DNA of 63,699 bases, the filler included. It is 6 parts of 6 records of this genome, joined end to end, with 100 filler letters (N's around TTAATTAATTAA, not from the genome) between each part and the next. Parts side by side here need not be neighbours in the genome. Positions count along the whole stretch, not along the records: positions 22,338 to 48,593 come from DRR723986_5966; positions 48,694 to 57,508 come from DRR723986_5971; 4 more parts are not named here. The stretch is one strand, 5' to 3'. The first letter of the stretch is position 1. Each line of letters starts with the position of its first letter. The notes beneath the pieces were generated by a model that had not been told where the DNA came from, did not search any database, and worked only from the letters and a program-made list of their open reading frames with translations. The position numbers and the translations under genes are program-made. Below are positions 40,349 to 49,571 of this stretch, one piece after another.

Positions 40349-42552
40349 TTGGGATTGTTGCGGTAGTAAACGTTCTCCCACATGCGCACGTACGCTTCCG
40401 CGCTGTTGTATAGCGCATCAATGGCCTCACTGCCACCTTCCAGACGCACTTCTTCGACAAAGTCGGCCACCATGCCGTAGTGCGCCATGCCCACTTCATC
40501 GATGTGCCAGAACTTGCCGCTTTCCGGAATGGTCAGCATGTTGACCTTCATCGGGGGCAACGATTGATAGCGTGGGCCCCAACCCTCGCCCCGGAACAGT
40601 GTAAAGGGGTACTGAACCGGTACACTGTCGCCTCCACGCGGACCAGGGTGTCCACCAAAGCCATTGCCGTCTGCGCCATAACCCAGGCCCAGCAGCGTGT
40701 TGTTCAGTCCAGCTTTGTTGCGCCAGAATTTGAGTTTCTCCAGAAACTCCACGTGTTTGATGCCATTGCCTTTGTAGGGGTAAATGACACCGCCATGTTT
40801 CAGCATGCGCACTGCCTGATCACTGGTCAGGCCGCCGTGCGCATCGTGCGATGAAGCCATGGGGTAGGGCGGGTTCATGGTCTCGGCCAGGTCCAGCATG
40901 ATGTCTTTGCTGTGGTAGGCCGCATGGTCAATGTCAATGACAAAGCCACGGTTCATCAGCGCCGTGAGTGCATACTGGCCAAGGTCAGTCACCGTGCGCG
41001 CATTGCAACGCTTGCCATCGGGGTACAGCGGAGTAATGCCGCCCACAGCTTCGAGCAGCATTTTGGTGAGCGCATTGCTGCTACTGCCGGGTACAGCGGT
41101 CGTCATGTTGGTACCAGGTTCACGCACCGAGGGTTCGTTCTCTGGGAAGTCGCGACACTCGGTGGTTTTCCAGAAAGCACCGGTGTCCAGAAAGTTCAGG
41201 AAGTTGATGACGTCGCCACTGAAAATACCGGCACCGCCCAAGGAACTGTCGATGTCGTGAAACGGGTACACATGGCGCGCACCCAGCGCCCACAGTTTGT
41301 CGATTTCGGCGTCAATTTGTGCCTGGTCACATTTGCGGATTTCGCCGCCACCGGGCAACATGGTGACGCCACAGTTGAACACTTGCGCCACTTCAACACC
41401 CAGTACCACGGCCAGTTTGCCTTCATTGGCCACCTTGCGCGCTTCGGCCGGGGTTTTCACAATTCTGTACCAACCTTTGCCAGGGCCGCCAAATTGCGCA
41501 TCCACATAGTCTTGCACGTCATACAGGTATTCCACCTGTTTGGTGGCAACGCTCATGTCGTTGCAATCGGCTTCAGGTTTGCCTGCGTAGGTTTGACCCA
41601 CTCGGCACAGGGCTGCAATGTTGGTGCCGTGGTTGACCATTACACGCAAACCTGCGCGCCATGCCCGTTCAACCCAGGCGTGGTACATCACCTGGTGGGT
41701 CAGGAAGTTGCGGCGAGGCCAGTCTACAAATGTGGGCCAACCTTGTGTGTCGTGCTGGGCGCCCGGTGTGGTTTCCAGAATGTTGTTGGCATCGCGTATG
41801 CCGTTGGGTCCGTGAAAAGCCTCGCAACTGCCCAGCGCATGCGGAATACCAAAGCGGTGCACTACCTCGCCATACAGCACGCCGCCTGCGGAGGGGCCAA
41901 CACTGCCATCCAGCGACATTTCGCTGGACATGCCCATGTGGGTGTGAGTGTCAGCAAAGCCGATGATGGGTTGATTTTCGCCACGGCCTTTGTAGGGTGT
42001 GCCTTCCATGGCAGTGGGCATTTCGGGATAGGCGGCACAGTCGCTGGCGGGGGCCAGTTTGAATTGTGTACGTTCGGTTTGTTCAGTGCTTGTGGTTAGC
42101 CCGGCTGTTTCGTCCAGCGCCAGGAACCGACCTGCCGTGTCAGTGAAGGTGAACTGGCTTTTTTCTTTGTCAAAACTGGCCTGCCACACGGCTGCGTCGG
42201 TGGGTTCTGCGCTGGCCACCAGCGTATTTCCTTGGGCCGTGATCATTTGCCGGTCGCTGCCGTAAATGAGGTACTTGCCCAATTCAGTGGGGCGCATGGT
42301 GAAGTTTTCAGCTTGCGTGGCGGGGCCTGCGGCATAGCGGGCAGCGGCGGGCTGTACAAACTGCCTGCTGAATGCCGATTGCAAACCGAAGCAGCCGTTG
42401 GCCACCGAGAATTCTGACAATTGCAGGGGTGTTTCGCTGGGATTGACTGGCTGGCCCGGGGCATTGGCATTTGTTGTTGAATCACCGCTTGAGAGGCAAG
42501 CGGACAGGAGTGCTGCTGTGGCGCCAAGGGCGAGAAGTGCTTTCACATTCAT
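40345..42552 (-). CDS. Lipoprotein amidohydrolase (M19-like), similar in architecture to sphingolipid ceramide N-deacylase-like proteins
   Basis: Lipobox LLSAC; N-terminal beta-rich (trefoil-like) region; ADTHTH, GWPTFVDWP, THQVMY.AWVERAW, LAVVLGVE, IDIDH, SSH, GADGNG. Confidence 0.72.
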   Translation of the reverse strand: MNVKALLALGATAALLSACLSSGDSTTNANAPGQPVNPSETPLQLSEFSVANGCFGLQSAFSRQFVQPAAARYAAGPATQAENFTMRPTELGKYLIYGSDRQMITAQGNTLVASAEPTDAAVWQASFDKEKSQFTFTDTAGRFLALDETAGLTTSTEQTERTQFKLAPASDCAAYPEMPTAMEGTPYKGRGENQPIIGFADTHTHMGMSSEMSLDGSVGPSAGGVLYGEVVHRFGIPHALGSCEAFHGPNGIRDANNILETTPGAQHDTQGWPTFVDWPRRNFLTHQVMYHAWVERAWRAGLRVMVNHGTNIAALCRVGQTYAGKPEADCNDMSVATKQVEYLYDVQDYVDAQFGGPGKGWYRIVKTPAEARKVANEGKLAVVLGVEVAQVFNCGVTMLPGGGEIRKCDQAQIDAEIDKLWALGARHVYPFHDIDSSLGGAGIFSGDVINFLNFLDTGAFWKTTECRDFPENEPSVREPGTNMTTAVPGSSSNALTKMLLEAVGGITPLYPDGKRCNARTVTDLGQYALTALMNRGFVIDIDHAAYHSKDIMLDLAETMNPPYPMASSHDAHGGLTSDQAVRMLKHGGVIYPYKGNGIKHVEFLEKLKFWRNKAGLNNTLLGLGYGADGNGFGGHPGPRGGDSVPVQYPFTLFRGEGWGPRYQSLPPMKVNMLTIPESGKFWHIDEVGMAHYGMVADFVEEVRLEGGSEAIDALYNSAEAYVRMWENVYYRNNPK

Positions 42553-42683
42553 CAGACAAACCCCATTGAAATTTTTGGTGGTGATTTGCTGTTACTGAAG
42601 GTGATCAAGATTTAGATGTGTTTGTGACACGGAGAATGCCAGTAATGTAAAAAGGCCGACACATCCAAAGCAGGGCGGAAATG

Positions 42684-42715
42684 AAAAAAGCCTGAGCTTT
42701 AAACTCAGGCTTTTT
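42684..42715 (-). terminator. Rho-independent terminator after tRNA-Lys
   Basis: AAAAAAGCCTGAG-CTTTAAA-CTCAGGCTTTTT. Confidence 0.88.
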
Positions 42716-42723
42716 GTATCTCG

Positions 42724-42799
42724 TGGTGGGTCGTGCGAGATTCGAACTCACGACCAAAGGATTAAAAGTCCTCTGCTCTACCAGCTGAGCTAACGACCC
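42724..42799 (-). tRNA. tRNA-Lys(UUU)
   Basis: Reverse complement GGGTCGTTAGCTCAGCTGGTAGAGCAGAGGACTTTTAATCCTTTGGTCGTGAGTTCGAATCTCGCACGACCCACCA; 76 nt, TTT anticodon, encoded CCA. Confidence 0.97.
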
Positions 42800-42840
42800 A
42801 CATTTCGCTCTTGGGCGTTGGCCCTCAACCGAAGACCGCG

Positions 42841-42869
42841 ATTATGGCCAAGTTTTTAAAAGTGGTCAA
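42841..42869 (-). promoter_or_regulatory. Sigma70 promoter of tRNA-Lys
   Basis: TTGACC-N17-CATAAT on the minus strand followed by a GC-rich discriminator. Confidence 0.75.
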
Positions 42870-42891
42870 GCCCTGAGGGGGTAAAAAGCCA

Positions 42892-43389
42892 CTATTTTTT
42901 GGCTGAAATCACGTAAGGGTTTGAAATCCTGAAACGTTTTAGAATTTCAATTTCCCGGCTTTCCATCAGTTCAGCTTGATTCTCGCTTTCATGTACATAG
43001 CCTTGGGCGTGCAGGCAGCCGTGGATGATCAGGTGGGCCAGGTGGTCAATCGGGTCCTTGCCCTGCTCGGCGGCTTCGCGCTCGACCACGGCGGGGCAAA
43101 TCACGATGTCGGCCATGAACACGGGCAGGCCAGAATTGGCACCCAGGTCGGGCATGTCCATGGGAAAAGTCAAAACATTGGTGGCGTAGTCTTTGCCCCG
43201 GAAATCATTGTTCAGTTGCCGGCCTTCTTCCTCACCCACCAGTCGAATGGTGATGTCGGCCCTGTCCATGAAGCAGGCTTTGGCCCAGCGGCGAATGCGG
43301 CTGTTGTCCACTTCCGAGAAGGGAGGGTGGTCGGCTTGCATGGCCCATTGAATGGCAACGCTGACTGGTACTGTGGTTTTACTCGTCAT
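42892..43389 (-). CDS. ybeY: rRNA maturation RNase YbeY
   Basis: LNNDFRGKDYATNVLTF, HLIIHGCLHAQGYVH; follows phoH. Confidence 0.92.
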   Translation of the reverse strand: MTSKTTVPVSVAIQWAMQADHPPFSEVDNSRIRRWAKACFMDRADITIRLVGEEEGRQLNNDFRGKDYATNVLTFPMDMPDLGANSGLPVFMADIVICPAVVEREAAEQGKDPIDHLAHLIIHGCLHAQGYVHESENQAELMESREIEILKRFRISNPYVISAKK

Positions 43390-44395
43390 TGGTTTCACCG
43401 GCAAGGCCTGTTCGTTCAGGGTTGTGGAAACGCTCGTAGGCTTCAACAATGCGGGCCACCAACGGGTGGCGCACTACATCTGCGCTGGTGAAGTAGGTCA
43501 TGGCAATGCCTTTGACATTGCGCAGCACATGCTGGGTTTGTACCAAACCACTTTGCTGACCGTGTGGCAAGTCAATCTGTGTGACGTCACCGGTGATCAC
43601 GGCTTTGCTTCCAAACCCGATTCGGGTCAAAAACATTTTCATTTGTTCGGGGGTGGTGTTTTGGGCTTCATCGAGAATCACAAATGCATGGCTTAGCGTT
43701 CGCCCGCGCATGTAGGCCAGTGGCGCTATTTCAATCACGTTGCGCTCAAACCATTTTTGCACACGGTCGAAACCGGCCAAATCGTAAAGCGCATCGTACA
43801 GAGGGCGCAGGTAGGGGTCTACTTTCTGGTTCAGGTCACCCGGCAAAAATCCAAGGCGTTCACCCGCTTCTACGGCGGGTCGAGTCAAAATAATTCGCTT
43901 TACGCTGTCGCGTTCCAGTGCATCCACGGCGCAAGCCACGGCCAGGTAGGTTTTTCCGGTACCGGCCGGGCCAATACCAAAGGTCAGGTCGTGATCAAGC
44001 ACTGCCTTCAGATAGTCTTTCTGGCGTTCAGTGCGGGGCTGCAGGTCGCCTTTTTTGGTGCGCAACACCACGGGTTCTTCGGCGCCGGCGATCACCGGAA
44101 CATCCTTTTTTGTGCTGGCCACGGTATTGGTGTTTTTCAGTTCAACCAAGGCCAGTTGAATTTCGTCGGCAGTAACCGGCTTGTCACTTTTCTCGAAAAA
44201 ATGATTGATCAGGATAAAAGCCTGCTTGGCATTTTCCTTGTCACCCACCACATTCAAGGTGCCGTTGCGTCGCGCAATTTTTACATTCAATGCGGTTTCA
44301 ATTTGCCGAAGATTGGCATCCACTGGGCCACACAGGTTGGCCAGTTTGTGGTTGTCGTCTTCCGGGGCGTGCCATTCACTGCCTTTTGCTCTCAT
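43379..44395 (-). CDS. PhoH family ATPase (YbeZ)
   Basis: GPAGTGKT, RPAVEAGERLGFLPG, YMRGRT, DEAQN, GDVTQIDL, DVVRHPLV. Confidence 0.95.
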   Translation of the reverse strand: MRAKGSEWHAPEDDNHKLANLCGPVDANLRQIETALNVKIARRNGTLNVVGDKENAKQAFILINHFFEKSDKPVTADEIQLALVELKNTNTVASTKKDVPVIAGAEEPVVLRTKKGDLQPRTERQKDYLKAVLDHDLTFGIGPAGTGKTYLAVACAVDALERDSVKRIILTRPAVEAGERLGFLPGDLNQKVDPYLRPLYDALYDLAGFDRVQKWFERNVIEIAPLAYMRGRTLSHAFVILDEAQNTTPEQMKMFLTRIGFGSKAVITGDVTQIDLPHGQQSGLVQTQHVLRNVKGIAMTYFTSADVVRHPLVARIVEAYERFHNPERTGLAGETNDE

Positions 44396-44434
44396 GGGGT
44401 GCTTCTAGAAAAGTTGAATCGATATTTTAAGCAT

Positions 44435-45892
44435 TCAATCTTCCATTTGCCGGTGGCGCGGCGGGAAACTGACGCGCATCAAGGTACCCGGCCTGTCAGG
44501 GTGGCTGGATTTTGGATTGTCATGAATGGTGACGTTGGCATCGTGTTGATGTGCTGTTTCCTGCACAATGGCGAGCCCCAGGCCTGAGCCATCCTCGCTG
44601 GTGCCCAGCACGCGGTAAAAACGGTCGAACACCAGGTTGCGCTCGCTTTCAGGAATGCCAGGGCCATCGTCCTCCACTTCCAGCACAATGGCTTCGCGTT
44701 GGGGGCTATCGTCCACCCGCACGGTCACACAACCTTCCTCAGGGGTGTAGCGCAGGGCATTTTCCACCAGGTTTTTCATCATCTCGGTCAGCATCAGGGT
44801 TTGACCGTTCACATACACCGGGTGATCGGGTACTTCAACACCCAGGTCAATGCGTTTGTTCATGGCCTCGGGCACAAAATCGCGGGTCACCGTGCGCGCA
44901 ATGTGGGTTAAATCCAGCTTTTCAAATTGCAGCACAGAGGGTGCTTCAGTGCGGGCCAGCGCCAGCAGCTGGTTGACCAATCGGGTGGATCGTTCAGTGC
45001 CCACTTTTAATCGGCGCAGGCTGCGCAGTTTGGCAGCCTCGTCGGTTTCATCGCTCAGCAATTCAACTTGCATGCGCAGGCCCGCCAAGGGTGTTTTAAG
45101 CTGATGCGCAGCATCGGCCACAAAGCGTTTTTGCGTGTCGATGGTCTGCTCAAGCCTTTCCAGTTGCTCGTTCAAGGCGGTAATGACCGGCAGCAACTCT
45201 TCGGGTGTGTCTTTCGTTTGCAGGGCACTGAGGTCGTCGGGTTTGCGGGTGCGGATAATGTCCAGCAGGCTGTTCAGGGGGGCAATACCTCGCGACAGGC
45301 CAAACCACACCAGCAACACGGCCAGTGGCAGAATAACGAATTGCGGCAGAATCACGCCCTTGATGATTTCGTTGGCCAGGCTGTCGCGTTTGCCCAATGT
45401 TTCCGCGATCTGAATCAGCATGAACCTGTTTTCGCCCACGGTGGGCAGTTCAATCCACAGGTGGCCTGCACGAAAGTCTTCGCCATTGACCACAATGTCC
45501 CGAAAGTTCACCACGCCTATTTGGCGGGCTTCACGTTGTGGAATGGGCAGGGTTCGTTCGTCGCCCAGCAAAAATTCACCACCTTTGCCAAGCACTTGAA
45601 TACGCAATTGGTCAGTGCCATCGGCCAGCAAAATTTCCAGCGCTTCTTTGGGGATTGAAAACTGGTTGCTGGGCGCTTGCGCCGCCACCTCTTGGGCCAG
45701 CGCAGTGATTTTGTCGTCAAGAATATGGTCGAAGGGATCGTTGGCAATTGACTTGGCAACCAGGTAGGTCACACCAATACTCATGGGCCACAAAATGAGC
45801 AGTGGGGCCAACATCCAGTCCAGAATTTCGCCAAACAGCGAGCGGCGTTGTTGTTGCCCCGAGGCCAGTGGATTGCGTTTGTACCAAACCAA
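44435..45892 (-). CDS. Two-component sensor histidine kinase (TctE/QseC-like)
   Basis: Two TMs, FVADAAHQLKTPL, NLVENALRY, DDGPGI, GSGLGL. Confidence 0.9.
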   Translation of the reverse strand: MVWYKRNPLASGQQQRRSLFGEILDWMLAPLLILWPMSIGVTYLVAKSIANDPFDHILDDKITALAQEVAAQAPSNQFSIPKEALEILLADGTDQLRIQVLGKGGEFLLGDERTLPIPQREARQIGVVNFRDIVVNGEDFRAGHLWIELPTVGENRFMLIQIAETLGKRDSLANEIIKGVILPQFVILPLAVLLVWFGLSRGIAPLNSLLDIIRTRKPDDLSALQTKDTPEELLPVITALNEQLERLEQTIDTQKRFVADAAHQLKTPLAGLRMQVELLSDETDEAAKLRSLRRLKVGTERSTRLVNQLLALARTEAPSVLQFEKLDLTHIARTVTRDFVPEAMNKRIDLGVEVPDHPVYVNGQTLMLTEMMKNLVENALRYTPEEGCVTVRVDDSPQREAIVLEVEDDGPGIPESERNLVFDRFYRVLGTSEDGSGLGLAIVQETAHQHDANVTIHDNPKSSHPDRPGTLMRVSFPPRHRQMED

Positions 45893-45905
45893 TCAGGCAC
45901 CTGCC

Positions 45906-46610
45906 TTATGTGTTGGCGTTGGCATCGGGCGAGGCTTCTTTCTCGACAAATTTTTCAAGGCAATAACCCAGGCCACGCACCGTGGCAATTCGAACACCGT
46001 TGACTTCAATTTTTTTACGCAGGCGGTGTATGTAAACCTCAATCGCGTTGTTGCTCACTTCTTCGCCCCATTCGCACAGGTGGTCTACAAATTGTTCTTT
46101 GCTGACCAAGCGGCCCACACGTTGAAGCAGCACTTCCAGCAAACCGACTTCACGCGCTGAAAGGTCAAGCATGTCGTCGTTGATGTAGGCAATGCGCCCC
46201 ACCTGGTCGAAGGTGAGTGGTCCGTGTTTCCAGATGCTGGCGCCGCCACCCGTGCCACGTCGCGCCAAGGCGCGTACTCGGGCCTCAAGTTCTTTCAGGT
46301 CGAAAGGCTTGGCCATGTAGTCGTCGGCACCAGCGTCCAGGCCTTGCACGCGTTGTTCAACGCTGTCTGCTGCTGTCAAAATGAGCACAGGCATGTTGTT
46401 GCCGCGTGCGCGCAGGCGGCGCAACACCTCCAAGCCGCTCATTTTTGGCAGGCCCAAATCGAGTATCAAGATATCGTAGTTCATGGTGGTCAGCGCAGTG
46501 TCGGCGTCGCTGCCCTTGAACATGCAATCGACGGCGTAGCCGGCTTGACGCAACGATTGCGACAAGCCCTCAGACAACAAGCTGTCGTCTTCGGCCAGAA
46601 GTATTTTCAT
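45906..46610 (-). CDS. OmpR-family response regulator (TctD/QseB-like)
   Basis: LLAEDD, ILDLGLP, GADDYMAKPF, IEVYIHRLRKK, TVRGLGY. Confidence 0.93.
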   Translation of the reverse strand: MKILLAEDDSLLSEGLSQSLRQAGYAVDCMFKGSDADTALTTMNYDILILDLGLPKMSGLEVLRRLRARGNNMPVLILTAADSVEQRVQGLDAGADDYMAKPFDLKELEARVRALARRGTGGGASIWKHGPLTFDQVGRIAYINDDMLDLSAREVGLLEVLLQRVGRLVSKEQFVDHLCEWGEEVSNNAIEVYIHRLRKKIEVNGVRIATVRGLGYCLEKFVEKEASPDANANT

Positions 46611-46684
46611 CCCAGTCTCCTCAGTGCAGGCCGGCCAGTTTGGCTCTTTTTACCTGAACATGAATGGTGTGTATTGTCTTGATT

Positions 46685-47545
46685 TTAGCCTGAAAGCGCA
46701 GTGGCTTTCGCCGACTGAATTGCGTCACGGGTGTTTCGAGCCTCCAGCGCAGCAGCGCTTGCAAAATCGGCCTTGGTGCTGGCGTACAAAATGGCGCGAG
46801 AGGAATTGATCAGCAAACCCCAGCCTTGGCTGCACAGGCCATTTTTTACCGTGTTCAGCAAATCGCCACCTTGTGCGCCAATGCCAGGCACCAGCAGGGG
46901 CGAATCGCCAACGATTCCGCGCACCGTTTTGATCTCTTCGGGGTAGGTGGCACCCACAACCAAGCCAATCTGGCGGTGCGGGTTCCAAGTGGTAGTGGCC
47001 AGCTTGGCGACTGTTTGATAAAGCGGTTCGCCTTTTTCGGTGTTTAAAAATTGCAGGTCGTTGCCACCTGGGTTCGAGGTGCGGCACAGCAGAAACAGGC
47101 CACGGTCGGCATAGGCATGATAGGGCTCGACGGAATCGCTGCCCATGTAGGGGCTAAGGGTTACGCTGTCGGCCTTGTAACGCTCGAACGCTTCAATCGC
47201 GTATTGCTTGGCTGTGGCGCCGATGTCGCCGCGTTTGGCATCCAGAATGGTAGTGGCGTGTGGCGCAATTTCGTTGGCGTAAGCCAGAATGTTTTCCAGC
47301 GCCGCTTCAGCCTTGTTGGCTGCAAAGTAGGCGATTTGAGGCTTAAAGGCACAGGCGAACTCGGCGGTGGCTTTCACAATTTCGAAGCAAAAGCGTTCAA
47401 TTTCTGCGGGGCTTGTGCCATAGCCTTCGGGCATGCGGGAAATGTCTGGGTCCAAGCCCACGCACAACATGGAATTGCTGTGTTGCCAACTGTCAGCCAG
47501 CCGTTGAGGAAAGGTAGAAAACTGCGAAAAACGATTGCTGGCCAT
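46685..47545 (-). CDS. pyrF: Orotidine 5'-phosphate decarboxylase (subfamily 2)
   Basis: LCVGLDP, FKPQIAYF, DAKRGDIG, RTSNPG, PGIGAQGG. Confidence 0.95.
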   Translation of the reverse strand: MASNRFSQFSTFPQRLADSWQHSNSMLCVGLDPDISRMPEGYGTSPAEIERFCFEIVKATAEFACAFKPQIAYFAANKAEAALENILAYANEIAPHATTILDAKRGDIGATAKQYAIEAFERYKADSVTLSPYMGSDSVEPYHAYADRGLFLLCRTSNPGGNDLQFLNTEKGEPLYQTVAKLATTTWNPHRQIGLVVGATYPEEIKTVRGIVGDSPLLVPGIGAQGGDLLNTVKNGLCSQGWGLLINSSRAILYASTKADFASAAALEARNTRDAIQSAKATALSG

Positions 47546-47662
47546 TGCGTGTGAGAACAGTTGGGAAATTCAAGTATTGTACAGGATCAGGGCAAGCCCC
47601 TAGGGCCAAGCGTGGACCGATGCACTACACTGGGGCACTTTACTGAATGATCGTTCACTTAC

Positions 47663-48562
47663 GTGCCTGCTGCAAAATTATCCCTGCCTCAAATCCAGTT
47701 GCTTCTTGGTATTACAGCCATTTGGGGTTTGAACTGGCCTGTCATGAAGTATGCGGTAACCCAATACCCACCCTTACATTTCCGCACCCTGTGCATGGTG
47801 TTCGGCATGGTAGCCATGTGGTTTGTGGCTCGGCAAATGAAGGTGTCGCTCAAGGTGCCGCGTGAAATGTGGGGACGTGTGGCACTGCTGTGCCTGCCCA
47901 ATATGATTGGCTGGCACTTGTTTTGTATTTTGGCCGTGAAGGAACTGAGCTCGGGCCGTGCAGCGATTTTGGGCTACACCATGCCAGTGTGGGTGGTATT
48001 GACCGGTTTGATGTTCGCCCACCCGGTAGGGCGCCGTGGCTGGATCGGATTAAGCTTGGCGATGGTGGCTGCGATGTTGCTGCTCTCTTCTGAATTTGCA
48101 GCCATTGCTGGCAGCCCTCTGGGAGTGGTGCTGATGCTTATTGCTGCTGCATGTTGGGGGCTTGGTACTACGCTGATTCGGCACTATCCCACGGGTTTGC
48201 ATGCCCTCACCTTTACCCATGCCATGATGCCGCCTACCATTGTGGCCATGGGTTTGGCTGGTTTTTGGTTTGAGGGAACCGATGTGGGTGCGCCGCAAGG
48301 TTGGTCGCAGTGGTGGCCAATTTTCTACAACGCTTTTGGTGTGTTCGCATTTTGCCAGGTTGCATGGTTTAGCCTGGCCAAATCGCTGCCACCCATTGTG
48401 TCGAGCTTGTCCATCATGATTATTCCGGTGGTGGGTGTGATGGCAGGGAGTTTATTCCTTGGCGAGGTACCGCATTGGCCTGACTTTGCAGCATTGGTTT
48501 TGATTCTTGGCGCGATGGCTGTGATTCTCGTGCCGGGGAGAAAGAAAGCAGTTGTCGGCTGA
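47663..48562 (+). CDS. EamA/DMT family transporter
   Basis: IWGLNWP start, two EamA repeats, about 10 TMs. Confidence 0.9.
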   Translation: MPAAKLSLPQIQLLLGITAIWGLNWPVMKYAVTQYPPLHFRTLCMVFGMVAMWFVARQMKVSLKVPREMWGRVALLCLPNMIGWHLFCILAVKELSSGRAAILGYTMPVWVVLTGLMFAHPVGRRGWIGLSLAMVAAMLLLSSEFAAIAGSPLGVVLMLIAAACWGLGTTLIRHYPTGLHALTFTHAMMPPTIVAMGLAGFWFEGTDVGAPQGWSQWWPIFYNAFGVFAFCQVAWFSLAKSLPPIVSSLSIMIIPVVGVMAGSLFLGEVPHWPDFAALVLILGAMAVILVPGRKKAVVG

Positions 48563-48593
48563 AGCGCGGGTTACTTGTGTCGCACAGAGCTGG

Positions 48594-48693
48594 NNNNNNN
48601 NNNNNNNNNNNNNNNNNNNNNNNNNNNNNNNNNNNNNTTAATTAATTAANNNNNNNNNNNNNNNNNNNNNNNNNNNNNNNNNNNNNNNNNNNN
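48594..48693. other. Artificial contig spacer
   Basis: N-run + TTAATTAATTAA + N-run. Confidence 0.98.
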
Positions 48694-48750
48694 TAGAGCA
48701 TCGGTCTCCAAAACCGAGGGTCGTGGGTTCGAGTCCCTCAGCCCCTGCCA
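48694..48750 (+). tRNA. tRNA-Trp(CCA), 5' end cut by the contig edge
   Basis: TAGAGCA-TCGGT-CTCCAAA-ACCGA anticodon arm, GGTTCGAGTCC T-loop, 3' GCCA. Confidence 0.93.
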
Positions 48751-48980
48751 CGCCATGTTTTTAAACTGTTGATTTATATGGAGAATTAGGCAGATCTGGA
48801 ATGGCTATTTGCCTATCTATTAGCCAAAGAAACTAGCAGCTCGCTGCGTTGTCTAATTCTATTGGTTGCGGAAGATTGCTTCTCCTCAGTGGTTTCATCA
48901 AAAATGGTGGTGGTCACGCTGTATTCACCGCGATACGTTCTACTCAAGCACCATGACATCGCTCTGCAGAATTGGCGGGA

Positions 48981-48996
48981 AGCCGACTTTCGCTGC
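48981..48996 (+). repeat. Left copy of an imperfect 16-bp inverted repeat (partner at 54116-54131)
   Basis: AGCCGACTTTCGCTGC vs reverse complement of partner AGCCGACATTCTCTGC (14/16). Confidence 0.5.
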
Positions 48997-49058
48997 AGTT
49001 GAGGTTGCCTCTGGCGGTAATCGGCAAAGCGGTCATTCACTTTCCCATGTGTGAATAC

Positions 49059-49498
49059 TCACCTCTCGTCAAAACCAGCTGGAAGAACCTTCGAAAGCAC
49101 CCCAATCAAAAAGGCTGTACTGATACCGAATGTAAGCAGGCCGGTGATTGCACAGAATATCACGACGATGCGGGCGTTTTCTGCGAGGATCACGTCTCCA
49201 TAGCCCAGCGTCGTGTTGGTGACTGCTGAAAAGTAGAAACTTGTTGCCAAGTCAGGCAGGTTTGACACCAACAGAAAAACGACGGCCCATCCCCATATTC
49301 GAATCGTATGCGCGCCCAGGACGACCGCGACGGCCAGCAAAAGGAAGAGTATGATCCGGCCCATGACGTGGCTTCCCTCGGGAACAATATGTGCGAGGGA
49401 CTTGAACAGAGCACGCTCAGCGCGACGGCCAGAACATGGATTACCGCGCTCAAGGCCAATAGGCCTGTTCCAAGAAAGATCTGTTGAGGACTGCTCAA
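49059..49498 (-). pseudogene. Frameshifted two-TM potassium-channel-family (Ion_trans_2) gene
   Basis: N-terminal half (QQIFLGTGLLALSAVIHVLAVALSV) and C-terminal half (LFKSLAH...YFSAVTNTTLGYGDV) are in different frames, with the switch near 49412. Confidence 0.7.
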
Positions 49499-49571
49499 GG
49501 TGTCATTTCCGTCTTTCTGAAATCCTATTTGGCCTTATAGTTCGACAAGACTTTTTGAGGGAGTGGAATTC

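Noticed and set aside
40912-42099. 395-aa + strand ORF (and similar ORFs such as 1207-2121, 9600-10691, 11488-12447, 43757-44587)
   Set aside because: Each lies antisense to a well-supported gene and has no recognisable motifs.
42985-43030. YbeY motif reads GYVH instead of the usual GYDH
   Set aside because: All three metal-binding His residues are intact; a single substitution is not evidence of altered function.
48751-48980. Integrase or IS remnant next to tRNA-Trp
   Set aside because: No recombinase or transposase motif is recognisable in the short ORFs there.
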